The notes beneath the pieces are model-generated. The model did no database searches and had not been told where the DNA came from. It saw only the letters and a program-made list of their open reading frames with translations. A stretch of 64,000 nt of DNA from Promethearchaeota archaeon (GTDB taxonomy: Archaea > Asgardarchaeota > Heimdallarchaeia > Hodarchaeales > Hodarchaeaceae), in contig JBHLMN010000003.1 in the NCBI GenBank assembly GCA_048938105.1, positions 160,001 to 224,000 on the forward strand. The letters run 5' to 3'. Numbering within the stretch: the first letter of the stretch is position 1; the number at the start of each line of letters is the position of its first letter. Positions 30,885-40,957 of the stretch are shown here, one piece after another. The position numbers and the translations under genes are program-made.

Positions 30885-32324
30885 TTGAATGAGTCAATTC
30901 AAGTCAGGAATTATGCCTTCAAACAGAACTTGAAAGATATTATTCCATCTGGTAACTATTTAACGCACAATCTATACTCTTATCCCGCAAAATTCATCCC
31001 ACACGTACCTTACTATGTTATATCAAAATTCACAAAAAAAGAAAATAGTATTGTATTGGATCCCTTTGCTGGAAGTAGTTCAACAGCAATTGAAGCCTTA
31101 CACTTAGGTCATAATTCAATTTGCATTGATATCAATCCTCTTACAAATTTCCTCACTGAAGTAAAAACCCAACGAATAGCATTTAATTTGACTCAACAAA
31201 CTCCAATGAAGTTAGATGGTTTCTTGGGAGCTGCTTATGACAAAAGAAACGAAAGAAAAATTAAAACCATTGATCTAAAGCTATTCATTGAAGAAATGCA
31301 AAAAAATGATGAAAGATTCTACCCTAAATGGAAAAATATTGATCATTGGTATCCTGAGGAGTTTAAACATATACTTGCGAAAATTTGGGGGTTTATTTAT
31401 TCTAAAGAAGACAAATATCCAAAAAACCTTATGAATTTACTTAAATTAACTGCATTATATGTTTCTCGTTATTTGTCGTATGGAGCGCGTGATGTACCTA
31501 AATTATTCAGATCAAAACGGAGAATAGTACAAGTTGAAGAACTACGTAAAAAAGTAGAAATTAATCCTAATATTCCATATAATACCTTCCGCAAAACACT
31601 CCTTAATAATTTTAATCAAATGAAAGAATTTGCAAGAATTCTTGAAAAAAAGAACATTACTCCAAAATATGAATATGAAATCAGCTCTAGCAGTATTCGA
31701 AACAAGACGATTAATACTAGGAAAATCGTCTGTTTAGGCGATACGGATGTTTTATCCTACAATTTTCCTATTTATGAAGAATTTATTGATTTAATTATTA
31801 CTTCTCCTCCATATATTTATGCTCAAGAGTATATCAGATCAACAAAGTTGGATCTCTATTGGATGAACCTAGTTGATGATGAGCGGGTGAGAGAACTTAC
31901 GAAAAAAGAATTAGGTACTAAAAAAGACGCTGATATTGAATTAATCAAAACCAAATTGGGAAATATTGACTCTTTTAATTTAACAGCTGAAAATATTGAA
32001 AAAAATGAGAGAAAAAAATATGGTAAAGTTGGGAAATATACTCAACAGACCTATAATTATTTTTATGACATGTATTTGATTATTGAAAAACTAAGCAGCT
32101 ATATTAAGCAAAATGGAACATTTGGTTTGTTTATTGGAAATCCAACTATCTTAGGATACCAAGTTCCTTGCCATAGAATTTTCTACGAAATATTCTCAGA
32201 TCTGGGATTAAACATTATTGAATTTGGATATGACGAAATTGTCTCCCCTCGGCTGCTAAAAGGGCGACAAAATTTATCACCAGAGGGTATGAAAGCAGAG
32301 TGGTTGATTGTCGCTCAGAAATAA
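30885..32324 (+). CDS. DNA methyltransferase (likely N4-cytosine, alpha motif order)
   Basis: THNLYSYPAKFIP, DPFAGSS, ITSPPY. Confidence 0.88.
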   Translation: MNESIQVRNYAFKQNLKDIIPSGNYLTHNLYSYPAKFIPHVPYYVISKFTKKENSIVLDPFAGSSSTAIEALHLGHNSICIDINPLTNFLTEVKTQRIAFNLTQQTPMKLDGFLGAAYDKRNERKIKTIDLKLFIEEMQKNDERFYPKWKNIDHWYPEEFKHILAKIWGFIYSKEDKYPKNLMNLLKLTALYVSRYLSYGARDVPKLFRSKRRIVQVEELRKKVEINPNIPYNTFRKTLLNNFNQMKEFARILEKKNITPKYEYEISSSSIRNKTINTRKIVCLGDTDVLSYNFPIYEEFIDLIITSPPYIYAQEYIRSTKLDLYWMNLVDDERVRELTKKELGTKKDADIELIKTKLGNIDSFNLTAENIEKNERKKYGKVGKYTQQTYNYFYDMYLIIEKLSSYIKQNGTFGLFIGNPTILGYQVPCHRIFYEIFSDLGLNIIEFGYDEIVSPRLLKGRQNLSPEGMKAEWLIVAQK

Positions 32325-32344
32325 TTGGTTCCCCTAATACGTTT

Positions 32345-33616
32345 TTAGGGGGAAATTAAATCATTGTCTACTGCAAAAGGCAACCGTTTATGAAATAGAA
32401 TAGTCACAAAAAAGGATAATAATATTAATAGGAACATGAATGCGAAACCTGCGATTGGTGATTGAAACAGATCCAATAACGCACCAAAAATTGTGGGTGA
32501 AGTTGAACTAACCACTAATCCTAACGAAAATACAATTGAATAAAAAAAAGTCCTACTTTCTTGGGGTACAAGATCACTCATTAGGGCTTGGAGAGTTCCC
32601 CCAGCAAGGTAGAAACAAATAGCACATAATGAAAAGCCAAAAAGGATTGCCCATATCACAGAGAAGTTTTCAGTAAGAAAAATGAGAATTAAGATCGCAA
32701 GACTAGTTCCTACAGCAGACAATAAAATGATTTTCACCCGTCCATAAGAACCAGATTTATCACTGATATAAGCTCCGTAGATATCGCTCCCAGAACCCAA
32801 TATTAGAATGAAACTGGTCATAACCCCAGCTTCAAAGGATTGGACACCATAGAAATCTCGTAGCAATGTAACAGTAAAAAAACTAATCAATCTATATACT
32901 CCTCCCCTTAGTGCGCTCATAATGATAACTAAACCTAATGTTACTAAAATCCAATTTTTAAATTCAATTCTTGAGGTATTGTTTGTCAGATTCTCCCGAA
33001 CCTCATTATCATTATTATTTTGAATTAATGATGAATACTGGGGTATTAATTTTCGAATAATAAGCCAGATAGTCATAAAAATCAAGAGTGTAAAGCAACT
33101 AAAACCAAGTAAGGAGAATGTTTGCCTCCAGTCACCCAGTACAAAAATAGTGAGTCCAAGTGTTCCTAAGGGGGCGAGAGCAGTTCCAATTACACCAGCT
33201 GCATGATTCACTGCCATAGCTTTGCCTCTATTCTCCCCTCTAAAAGAATTTGCTGCCACTCCTAATCCTATAGGGTGAAAAGTAGTACATCCAAGTCCTA
33301 AGATAATATTTCCAATGAAAAGATAAAAGAAATCCAAAGAGATAGATATTATGAAACTAGAAAGACCAAATAGGAAGATACCGAGTAAAATAATATAAAA
33401 TCCCAATCCAGCATTTCTTCCTAAATAACCAATCAATGGTGATGTAATTGCCATGATTAAAATGGGCAGAGATCCAAGTATCCCCATTTCTAAATAACTC
33501 ATTGATATTTCCTGGGAAATAAGTATAAGCATTGCTGGAAATGCGTAAAGTTCAACGTGATGGATAAAATGAGCAAATGACATAAATGAGAGTAACTGTA
33601 ATCGCACTGATGACAT
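32345..33616 (-). CDS. MFS transporter
   Basis: About 12 TM segments; GLGCTTFHP, RGKAMA, GAYISDK. Confidence 0.88.
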   Translation of the reverse strand: MSSVRLQLLSFMSFAHFIHHVELYAFPAMLILISQEISMSYLEMGILGSLPILIMAITSPLIGYLGRNAGLGFYIILLGIFLFGLSSFIISISLDFFYLFIGNIILGLGCTTFHPIGLGVAANSFRGENRGKAMAVNHAAGVIGTALAPLGTLGLTIFVLGDWRQTFSLLGFSCFTLLIFMTIWLIIRKLIPQYSSLIQNNNDNEVRENLTNNTSRIEFKNWILVTLGLVIIMSALRGGVYRLISFFTVTLLRDFYGVQSFEAGVMTSFILILGSGSDIYGAYISDKSGSYGRVKIILLSAVGTSLAILILIFLTENFSVIWAILFGFSLCAICFYLAGGTLQALMSDLVPQESRTFFYSIVFSLGLVVSSTSPTIFGALLDLFQSPIAGFAFMFLLILLSFFVTILFHKRLPFAVDNDLISP

Positions 33617-33652
33617 GAATAAAACTAGATGAAATCTTTCTATAAGTTTTAC

Positions 33653-35038
33653 TCAATCATTATATTTTAAAGGACAAATCAAAGAAAACTGAAGCCCTTC
33701 TTTTGGTAAGATGTCGTTTATAGTTAATTTCCCATGAATTTCTCTAAGCAATACATCCGCAAGGTAAATTTCCATTAAAAATTCCGATTTTTTGGGTGAT
33801 TTTGTTTTTTTTAGAAAAGTTCTCCCATCATCTGTGATAGTTAATTGTAGGCTCTTTTCGGAGGCTAATTCAATATCAATTGTAATTTCATTAGATGATC
33901 TCTCAAGAGAATTTTGTATTATCTGTTCAATGGCTATTATTAAGATTCTAGGACAACTGTAGAAGTTTGGATTTTTCACCTGCAAGTTAAAGTTGATTGT
34001 GCTACCTTTCGATTCAGCAAGAGGATTTATCAGTTCGTTCAATTCATTAATTAATTCTTCAATCGACACAAGTAAAAGAGGGTATTCAAAAATTGGCTTC
34101 AAGCTTTCAAAATCACTAATTTGGCGATTAAGCCGAATAACTTTTTCAATAATTCCGATTAACTTGTCCACTCGTTCGTTTTGCTCGGGTAATGAAGCTT
34201 GAAGTATATCTAACCAACCTCGTGTGAGAAGTAATTGTTCTGAAATCTCAGACATTATCATCTTGAGTAAAAATCCACGAGTATCAGCTAATCTATCACT
34301 TTCAAGATATCGATCAGTGATGTCAACACAAACAACGATTATTCCATTATAATTCGATTGAGAATCATAAAGTGGAGCAGTTGAAATTAAAAATGTTTTG
34401 TCACGGCCAAACTTTGCTTTTAATTTTATTTCATGATGTCTAAGCGGGATCTTCTCTCTGCCTATGATCTTAGCTTCAATTGATTTGAATTCTTCAGGAT
34501 GAGTAACCTCAAAGAAATCTTTGTTTATAAGCTCTGTTTTGTGATACTTCAATATTCCGCATAGAACTGGATTTACAAATACAATTTTCCCATGTTTATC
34601 TAAGATCATAAGACCTTCGTGAATGTTTTCAATAAAAGCTCGATAGGTCGCTTCTGATTCTTTCAATTGTTTCATACTTAATTGCTCTTTAGTGATATCT
34701 TTGACGAGTCCAAGGATAATATTGAAGCGTCGAATGTCGAGAATTGTAAGATCAAGTGAGATAATATCCCTCCCGCGAGTGAAGGCTCGAACTTCACCTT
34801 GAAAATATCCTTTTTGTTCTAATGTGTTTAGAGGTAACTGAATATCCTGAGGAAGTAGGAAGTCCCAAAGAACTAAACCATTAACGTCTGTACTAGAATT
34901 GTAACCATGAATTTGGGCAAAAGCATTGTTAGAAGTAATGATTTTTGTTGTTTTACGGTCTAGTACGAATACTCCAGATGAAGAAATATTTTCGATAATT
35001 TCCTCTATAAAATTAATTACTTGCTCTTGAGGGTACAA
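33653..35038 (-). CDS. PAS-PAS sensor with degenerate histidine-kinase module
   Basis: Two PAS/PAC domains (..KDIT, ..VDIT); H-box His absent, G2 box degenerate. Confidence 0.75.
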   Translation of the reverse strand: MYPQEQVINFIEEIIENISSSGVFVLDRKTTKIITSNNAFAQIHGYNSSTDVNGLVLWDFLLPQDIQLPLNTLEQKGYFQGEVRAFTRGRDIISLDLTILDIRRFNIILGLVKDITKEQLSMKQLKESEATYRAFIENIHEGLMILDKHGKIVFVNPVLCGILKYHKTELINKDFFEVTHPEEFKSIEAKIIGREKIPLRHHEIKLKAKFGRDKTFLISTAPLYDSQSNYNGIIVVCVDITDRYLESDRLADTRGFLLKMIMSEISEQLLLTRGWLDILQASLPEQNERVDKLIGIIEKVIRLNRQISDFESLKPIFEYPLLLVSIEELINELNELINPLAESKGSTINFNLQVKNPNFYSCPRILIIAIEQIIQNSLERSSNEITIDIELASEKSLQLTITDDGRTFLKKTKSPKKSEFLMEIYLADVLLREIHGKLTINDILPKEGLQFSLICPLKYND

Positions 35039-35266
35039 TTCATTGCGACCTAAAGTTTTTCCCCTCGCTGAAACACTTTTTTACTTGAATATTTTGTCTA
35101 TCCATCTCTTTGGAGATTATTATGGAATAAGTTATTCAATATGGTGAAATATTAGTATTTTGAAGCTAAAAAGGTTATCTAGAGAATATTTCCGCAAATA
35201 ACAAATGAAGACATATTCTAGAGAATTTCTCCGCACATTAAAAAATATATTTTCATTAAGAAGAGG

Positions 35267-35803
35267 TTATAATCGTCCCAAATCTTTTTCTAGTTCGATA
35301 TAATAAACAGGAAGCTCGTTTTCTTGAATAATCCTTGCGCGGACACGAATAGGGGGGCCTTTTACTGATACCTGTTTATCAATAATCCCAGTTTGAGATA
35401 ATCCATCGTAAATCTGCTTTAAGGTGTTTGCATCTACCACAATTCTGAATAAGGAGGTTAATACTATCCCTAAAAACGGTTTAAAGCGAAAAGGATTAAT
35501 TGTTTGCTCAGTAACAAAGGATAGACTGGCTATTGAAGCTCCACTTAAGGTACGGACGCCACCTCGGAGGAATTTATAGAAACTATATACGATTCGCTGT
35601 TCTGAAACCTGAAAAACGGTAAATCCAGCTCCATCTACATCAAAGAATTCATCCTGCTGCCCTATCCCTGGCATACTCATCGCAGCTATCCGTTTAATCT
35701 CTTCTGGATACAAATTGTTAGGATAAATTGCTCGAATTACCGGCCCAGCTTTTTCATCGAATTCAGAGTACACTAAAGTGCCTTCGAATTCATTATTACT
35801 CAT
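35267..35803 (-). CDS. uDENN/longin-like protein
   Basis: LVYSEFDEKAGPVIRAIYP...IAAMSMP; ATG at 35803. Confidence 0.65.
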   Translation of the reverse strand: MSNNEFEGTLVYSEFDEKAGPVIRAIYPNNLYPEEIKRIAAMSMPGIGQQDEFFDVDGAGFTVFQVSEQRIVYSFYKFLRGGVRTLSGASIASLSFVTEQTINPFRFKPFLGIVLTSLFRIVVDANTLKQIYDGLSQTGIIDKQVSVKGPPIRVRARIIQENELPVYYIELEKDLGRL

Positions 35804-35937
35804 AAAAATTACTCCAAGTTTCTTTACGTATAGCAAAACTAATCTATCGGTTATTGTCTTCTTTTTTTCTGAATATTAATATCAATTTCAATTGACTTGA
35901 TATGATTAACAATTCTATCTAATCTTTTTATCCTTTA

Positions 35938-37158
35938 TTAAAATCCCATTGGGATTGAAGTTATTTTCTCAAGTTCAGCCTTAATTTCTGGCCTTAATCC
36001 CTCAATGTCGATACTTAAGAATCCTCTAACAATCATGTCTGTTGCTTCTTCCTCAGTCATACCCCGAGCCATTAAATAGTTAAGCTGTTCCTCACCAATT
36101 CGCCCAATGGATGCCTCATGTGACATCTCAAGATCGGGGCGATCGGCAACAAGTTCAGGAATGGCGTGAATTATCCCTTTGGCAAGTAGAAGCCCGTCAC
36201 ATTGCAAATGGGCTTTTATATTTGATGCTCGACCGTCAAGAATCCCCCGAGCAATAATTTTCCCTCCAATGGTAACAGATCGTGAAATAACTTCTGCTCG
36301 GGAACGATCGCCTTGAAGAACAACATGTCCGCCAATATCCATTGTTGAACCTGGATGACCGTACAAGATACTATTGTACCGCGCAGTAGCATCAGCCTCA
36401 ATGTACGTAGTTGGAAAAAGTTGTACAGATTTTACTGGATCCATCACAATGTAATTGTTTGTAAAATTCCCTCCTTCTTTAACTGTGGTTACCGAACGTG
36501 GTCTTACCACAAAATCGTCTTCCCAATTATGGATCATAGTGAAAGTAAGTGAAGCTTTCTCTTCGACATAAAACTCAGATACCCCTACGTGGAGGCCAGC
36601 TTTAGCTGATGTTGCACAACCAGTAATAACGTGGATATCACTCTTTTCTTCTGCTATCACGATATTATGAACGTTCTGAGCACCAAAGTTTTGTGATATA
36701 AAAAGACATGACTGTAAGGGATATGTGATTTTAGCTCCGGCCTTTGCACGAATGAAGTATCCACGAGTCATGTGCAACTCGGTTTGAGACGTAAATTTAT
36801 CAGTATCAATTGGAACATTTTTCCACCAGTAGTCTTTCAAACAATCACTATATTCCTCCCAAGCCTCATCAATAGGCAAAACTTCAACACCAGGATCATT
36901 ACTTTTATGACAAATTGTATCAAAATCGTATTGTAAATAACTTCCAGATGTCCTATTATCATTATCTGAGAATCCTGCTTTTCGTAATAGTGTGATTTCG
37001 TCACGTGAGCTAAGTTCTGATGGATTGACAACAGGTTCGTGGACATTAATTTCTGGAAGTTTATAAGTACTTAAGTCAACATCAACTCCATATTTTGCTT
37101 TTTTTGAGATGGCACGACGTGCTCGTTGTTTAAGCTGGTCATTTGATATTTTTACCAT
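35938..37158 (-). CDS. sufB: Fe-S scaffold SufB/SufD family (SmsB-like)
   Basis: ITGCA, TMIHNW, CDGLL, IPEL, SHEASIG, YLMARG. Confidence 0.9.
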   Translation of the reverse strand: MVKISNDQLKQRARRAISKKAKYGVDVDLSTYKLPEINVHEPVVNPSELSSRDEITLLRKAGFSDNDNRTSGSYLQYDFDTICHKSNDPGVEVLPIDEAWEEYSDCLKDYWWKNVPIDTDKFTSQTELHMTRGYFIRAKAGAKITYPLQSCLFISQNFGAQNVHNIVIAEEKSDIHVITGCATSAKAGLHVGVSEFYVEEKASLTFTMIHNWEDDFVVRPRSVTTVKEGGNFTNNYIVMDPVKSVQLFPTTYIEADATARYNSILYGHPGSTMDIGGHVVLQGDRSRAEVISRSVTIGGKIIARGILDGRASNIKAHLQCDGLLLAKGIIHAIPELVADRPDLEMSHEASIGRIGEEQLNYLMARGMTEEEATDMIVRGFLSIDIEGLRPEIKAELEKITSIPMGF

Positions 37159-37162
37159 TTAC

Positions 37163-37960
37163 TCATCCCCCCACGAGTTTGAATTGCAGTTGATCTTCTA
37201 AGCGTTCATGACATCGGACACACTCAGGATATCCTAAATTCCTGATGTCCTCTAGTAATCGTGATGGGGTTCCAGTGCAACCTATATGACCATGACACAT
37301 AACGTGAGCTCTATCAGTATGAATATAATCCAAAATGTGACCTGTGTGCGTAATAACAAGACCTGCTTTTTTCTTTGACCAAGGTTGTGATGGTGTACGG
37401 GGAGTGGTGCCTAACAACACATTAGTCATCCGACCAATCAGTTTCATGGCTTGAATATCAACCCCTGATTCAGGTTCATCTAAGAGGATGAAATCGGGAT
37501 CTTGAAGAAGTAGTTGTAATAATTCAGATCTTTTTATTTCACCACCAGAAAAGTGTACATTAAGATCTCGATTAAGGAAATCTCTCATTTCGAGTTCTTT
37601 TGCTTTTTTACCAATCTCAGCTGTCGTTTCAATTCTTTGATGCACTAAAAATTCTGTTAGTTTACGTAATTTCAACCCAGGGATATTTGGTGGTCTTTGA
37701 AAGGAGATTCCTATCCCCATCTTGGCCCGGTCTGTGATAGACTTACCTATAATATCACTTCCTTTGAATAAAATCGAGCCATGGACAACACGGTATTGGG
37801 GGAAACCCATAATGGTCTGTATAAGTGTGGATTTTCCAGAACCATTTGGACCAAACAGTACATGGATTTCTCCTTCTGGTATATGTAGATTCAGATTCCT
37901 TAATATGATATTACCTGGTTCTTCTGTTATTTCAACTGTTAAGTTCTTTATTTTCAACAT
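37163..37960 (-). CDS. sufC: Fe-S assembly ATPase SufC (SmsC-like, with C-terminal CxxC)
   Basis: GPNGSGKST, FSGGEIKRSE, LDEPESGVD, ITHTG, C-terminal ECVRC. Confidence 0.9.
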   Translation of the reverse strand: MLKIKNLTVEITEEPGNIILRNLNLHIPEGEIHVLFGPNGSGKSTLIQTIMGFPQYRVVHGSILFKGSDIIGKSITDRAKMGIGISFQRPPNIPGLKLRKLTEFLVHQRIETTAEIGKKAKELEMRDFLNRDLNVHFSGGEIKRSELLQLLLQDPDFILLDEPESGVDIQAMKLIGRMTNVLLGTTPRTPSQPWSKKKAGLVITHTGHILDYIHTDRAHVMCHGHIGCTGTPSRLLEDIRNLGYPECVRCHERLEDQLQFKLVGG

Positions 37961-38228
37961 AATATTGTCCCTTCTTAGAAAGAGTGATCAAAACTCATTA
38001 TAATAATGTTTTACTACTTTAATATGTTAAAAAACGTAGACTTAAGGTGATTATTTAGGTTATAATCCATATATTTCTTGAAGAAACAAATACTGTTCAC
38101 ATATCTATAGCTATTTTTCTGAATTAAGAACAGAAAAGTCCATGATAAAGTGTTTAACAGTCTCAAGATAAGATTAATAAGATAGTCGTAATAATTCTCG
38201 AGGTAAGTTCTTATAGCTCTTTTTTGTT

Positions 38229-39293
38229 ATGGACAATCAAATCCACCTTTTATTGGAGGATTTTAAAATTTCCCTATTGAAGAGACTCTTCCGACGTTAT
38301 TCGAAAAAGGAGGAAGAACCCTCTACTCCACTTAAAGAAGAATTGATAACATTTATTGGAGAAGCATATGCAGGAAAAACCACTATTTTACATCGTTTGA
38401 GAACAGGGGAATTCTATAGTAGTTTAGTAAGAACTATGGGATTAAATGTTGACTCTTTTGAGTATCGTAATGTCAAGTTCCAAGCATTTGACTTGGGTGG
38501 CCAAGAATCATTCCACATGATTTGGGGAGATTACTTACGTCTTTCTAATGCTGTAGTTTTTGTCGTAGATTGCTCCAATCCAAACAGTTTTAGGTCAAGT
38601 AAAGCAGCTCTTTATAATGCAATGCCTAGCATTCCCTCAAATGCTGTCCTTCTTATTGTAGCAAATAAAGCTGATATATCAGGTGTTGATCCCTATGTTA
38701 CGCTTCTCAAACACTTTGACCTTTATGATATTCAACAAAAAGGCGAATTTCGTGCCATTAATATATTCCACATGTCAGCAAAGACGGGAATGAACTTTTA
38801 TCAGGCCTTCGATTGGTTGATTGAAACATTAACAGGAGAAATTATTCTTCCTAATATTAATATTCACAACATTTGTATTTATAAAACAGATTCTGGTTTG
38901 CTAGTTGGAAGCAGTATAACTAATCAAGGTCTAACGCAATATGATCCTGCATTATTAACAAGTATGTTCTCAGCAGTAAATACTTTTGCCGAAGCATCCA
39001 TGGGAGCTGGAGTAAGAGAAATACTCATGAAGCGAAGTAAGTCAGCAGGAGCAGATGAGATCTCAGATAATTATAAACTAGTTCGGGTTGAGGAAACAGA
39101 CTTTTCTGTGATCCTCATTGTTAACGAGTCGGACTCCATGAGGAAAAGTATAAAGATAGGTAAAGATCTATTAGTGTGGACGAGATTAAAGATCCCAGAA
39201 CCAGAGAACCTCATTGAGATGATCGAGGGGGAAGAAATTAAAACCTATTTAACTATGAAATTCCCAGAAGACATTGCAATGGTTAGTGCTTAA
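38229..39293 (+). CDS. Arf/Sar1-like small GTPase fused to a C-terminal longin/roadblock domain
   Basis: GEAYAGKTT, TMG, DLGGQ, NKAD, SAK; C-terminal CIYKTDSGLL..DPALLTSMFSAVNTF. Confidence 0.85.
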   Translation: MDNQIHLLLEDFKISLLKRLFRRYSKKEEEPSTPLKEELITFIGEAYAGKTTILHRLRTGEFYSSLVRTMGLNVDSFEYRNVKFQAFDLGGQESFHMIWGDYLRLSNAVVFVVDCSNPNSFRSSKAALYNAMPSIPSNAVLLIVANKADISGVDPYVTLLKHFDLYDIQQKGEFRAINIFHMSAKTGMNFYQAFDWLIETLTGEIILPNINIHNICIYKTDSGLLVGSSITNQGLTQYDPALLTSMFSAVNTFAEASMGAGVREILMKRSKSAGADEISDNYKLVRVEETDFSVILIVNESDSMRKSIKIGKDLLVWTRLKIPEPENLIEMIEGEEIKTYLTMKFPEDIAMVSA

Positions 39294-39330
39294 ATTCACT
39301 CTCATTTCTCGTTAGAAGAGTCACACGTAA

Positions 39331-40935
39331 TTAACGAGTATTCATTCTCTTGAACCACTTTTTATTCTGTTTATAGAGGTTCTTAAATTCTTTAAACAAA
39401 CGATCATATAATAATCGATATTCTGGGTTTGGATAAAACTCTTTGTCAAAATAAATGAAATCCTTAATTTCTGCAGGATCATTTAATTCTTCCAGTGCCA
39501 TTTTAGCTACTATGGCTGCCCCAATAGCTCCAGCAACTTGTGGCCACTTAACTCGCAAAATTCTTCTATTCATGATGTCTGCATAGATTTGACACCAAAC
39601 ATCCGATTTTGCTCCTCCACCTATAATATGTAGTGACTCCACAGGCGAATACATTTTTTCTACAATTTCTAAAGCCCATTTAGCATTAAACGCCACTCCC
39701 TCAAAAATAGATCGAAGTAAATGTCGGCGATTATGATCTAATGATACATTAATCAAGCCAGCTCGTACATGGTCATCATCCAACGGACATCGTTCCCCAA
39801 ATAGCCACGGCATAAATAGCAAATGGGTTCCTCCTTTCCCTTTCGCTCCGGGTTCACATTGTGCAACTAATTCATCGAAGATCTCGTAAACTTGTTTCTT
39901 CTCTTTCTCTTGAAGCTCTTCTTTGAAGTAAAGAATGCTGTTTTTGACCCACTCTAAAGCAGCTCCCGCAATTTCTTGATGAGCGGTGATTAAATAAAAT
40001 TGATCTGGAAAAGCACTGCCTGTACATCCTGTATAATGACTGATATCAACTTTCCTTTCGGAAACATGTCCTAAAACCCATCCACTGGTTCCAATTTGAC
40101 AATGAAGCTCTCCTTCTAAGACTGCTCCCGATCCAATAGCTGCTGCTGGCATATCACCTATACCACAAACAATTTGTGTTTCTTTTGAGAGACCAAGAAC
40201 ATTAGCTGCTTCATCTGTCAAGTTACCAATAATATCCGTAGGTTTTCGAATTTCGGGGAGTCTATTCATGTCAATTTTGTAAGTTTTACAGAGAGATTTT
40301 GACCATTCATTAAGAGGTTTCCCGTCTTTTTTCCGAGTATCAACCAACCAATACAAATAAGCTAAATCTGTGCTGGTAACCATCTCCCCTGTTAAGCGAA
40401 AAATAATATAATCTTTAACATCCAAATATTTGTAACATTTTTCATATATTTCAGGATGTTTATCTCTTAACCATAAGATTTTAGGGATTTGATCTTTCCC
40501 AGTCAGACCTGGGGCGCCTCCTGTTATACGGAGAAACTTCAAAATCCGAAGGGGACTGTATCCAAGTACTCGTGGCCAGGGGTAGACTTTGTGTAAATAT
40601 TCAGCTCCACGAGCATCTAACCAGATCATACAGTTCATTAAAGGAGAACCACGTTCATCTACAGGTAATAATCCTTGTGTTTGAGAACAGAAGGTCAATG
40701 CAGTAATTTCATCTTTTTGTGTTTGGGTTTTTTCGAGAACTGCTTTTGTTGTTGAAACTAGTATTCTCCACCAATCCTTTGGATCATGCTCAGCGTAACC
40801 TTGTTGCGGGTAAAGCGTGTTAAATTCTTCTACTGCAGAGTCAATTAATTTCATTTCGTTAGATACAAGAACAGCTTTAGTTGCTGTCGTTCCCAAATCA
40901 TAAGCTAAGAATTTTTCAGCACTCAAACCTATCAA
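39331..40935 (-). CDS. FGGY-family kinase (xylulokinase-like)
   Basis: DLGTTATK, WLDAR, GTSGW, GERCP, FEGVAF, GGGAKS. Confidence 0.9.
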   Translation of the reverse strand: MIGLSAEKFLAYDLGTTATKAVLVSNEMKLIDSAVEEFNTLYPQQGYAEHDPKDWWRILVSTTKAVLEKTQTQKDEITALTFCSQTQGLLPVDERGSPLMNCMIWLDARGAEYLHKVYPWPRVLGYSPLRILKFLRITGGAPGLTGKDQIPKILWLRDKHPEIYEKCYKYLDVKDYIIFRLTGEMVTSTDLAYLYWLVDTRKKDGKPLNEWSKSLCKTYKIDMNRLPEIRKPTDIIGNLTDEAANVLGLSKETQIVCGIGDMPAAAIGSGAVLEGELHCQIGTSGWVLGHVSERKVDISHYTGCTGSAFPDQFYLITAHQEIAGAALEWVKNSILYFKEELQEKEKKQVYEIFDELVAQCEPGAKGKGGTHLLFMPWLFGERCPLDDDHVRAGLINVSLDHNRRHLLRSIFEGVAFNAKWALEIVEKMYSPVESLHIIGGGAKSDVWCQIYADIMNRRILRVKWPQVAGAIGAAIVAKMALEELNDPAEIKDFIYFDKEFYPNPEYRLLYDRLFKEFKNLYKQNKKWFKRMNTR

Positions 40936-40957
40936 TCCACTTTCAAGACGATTTTTG

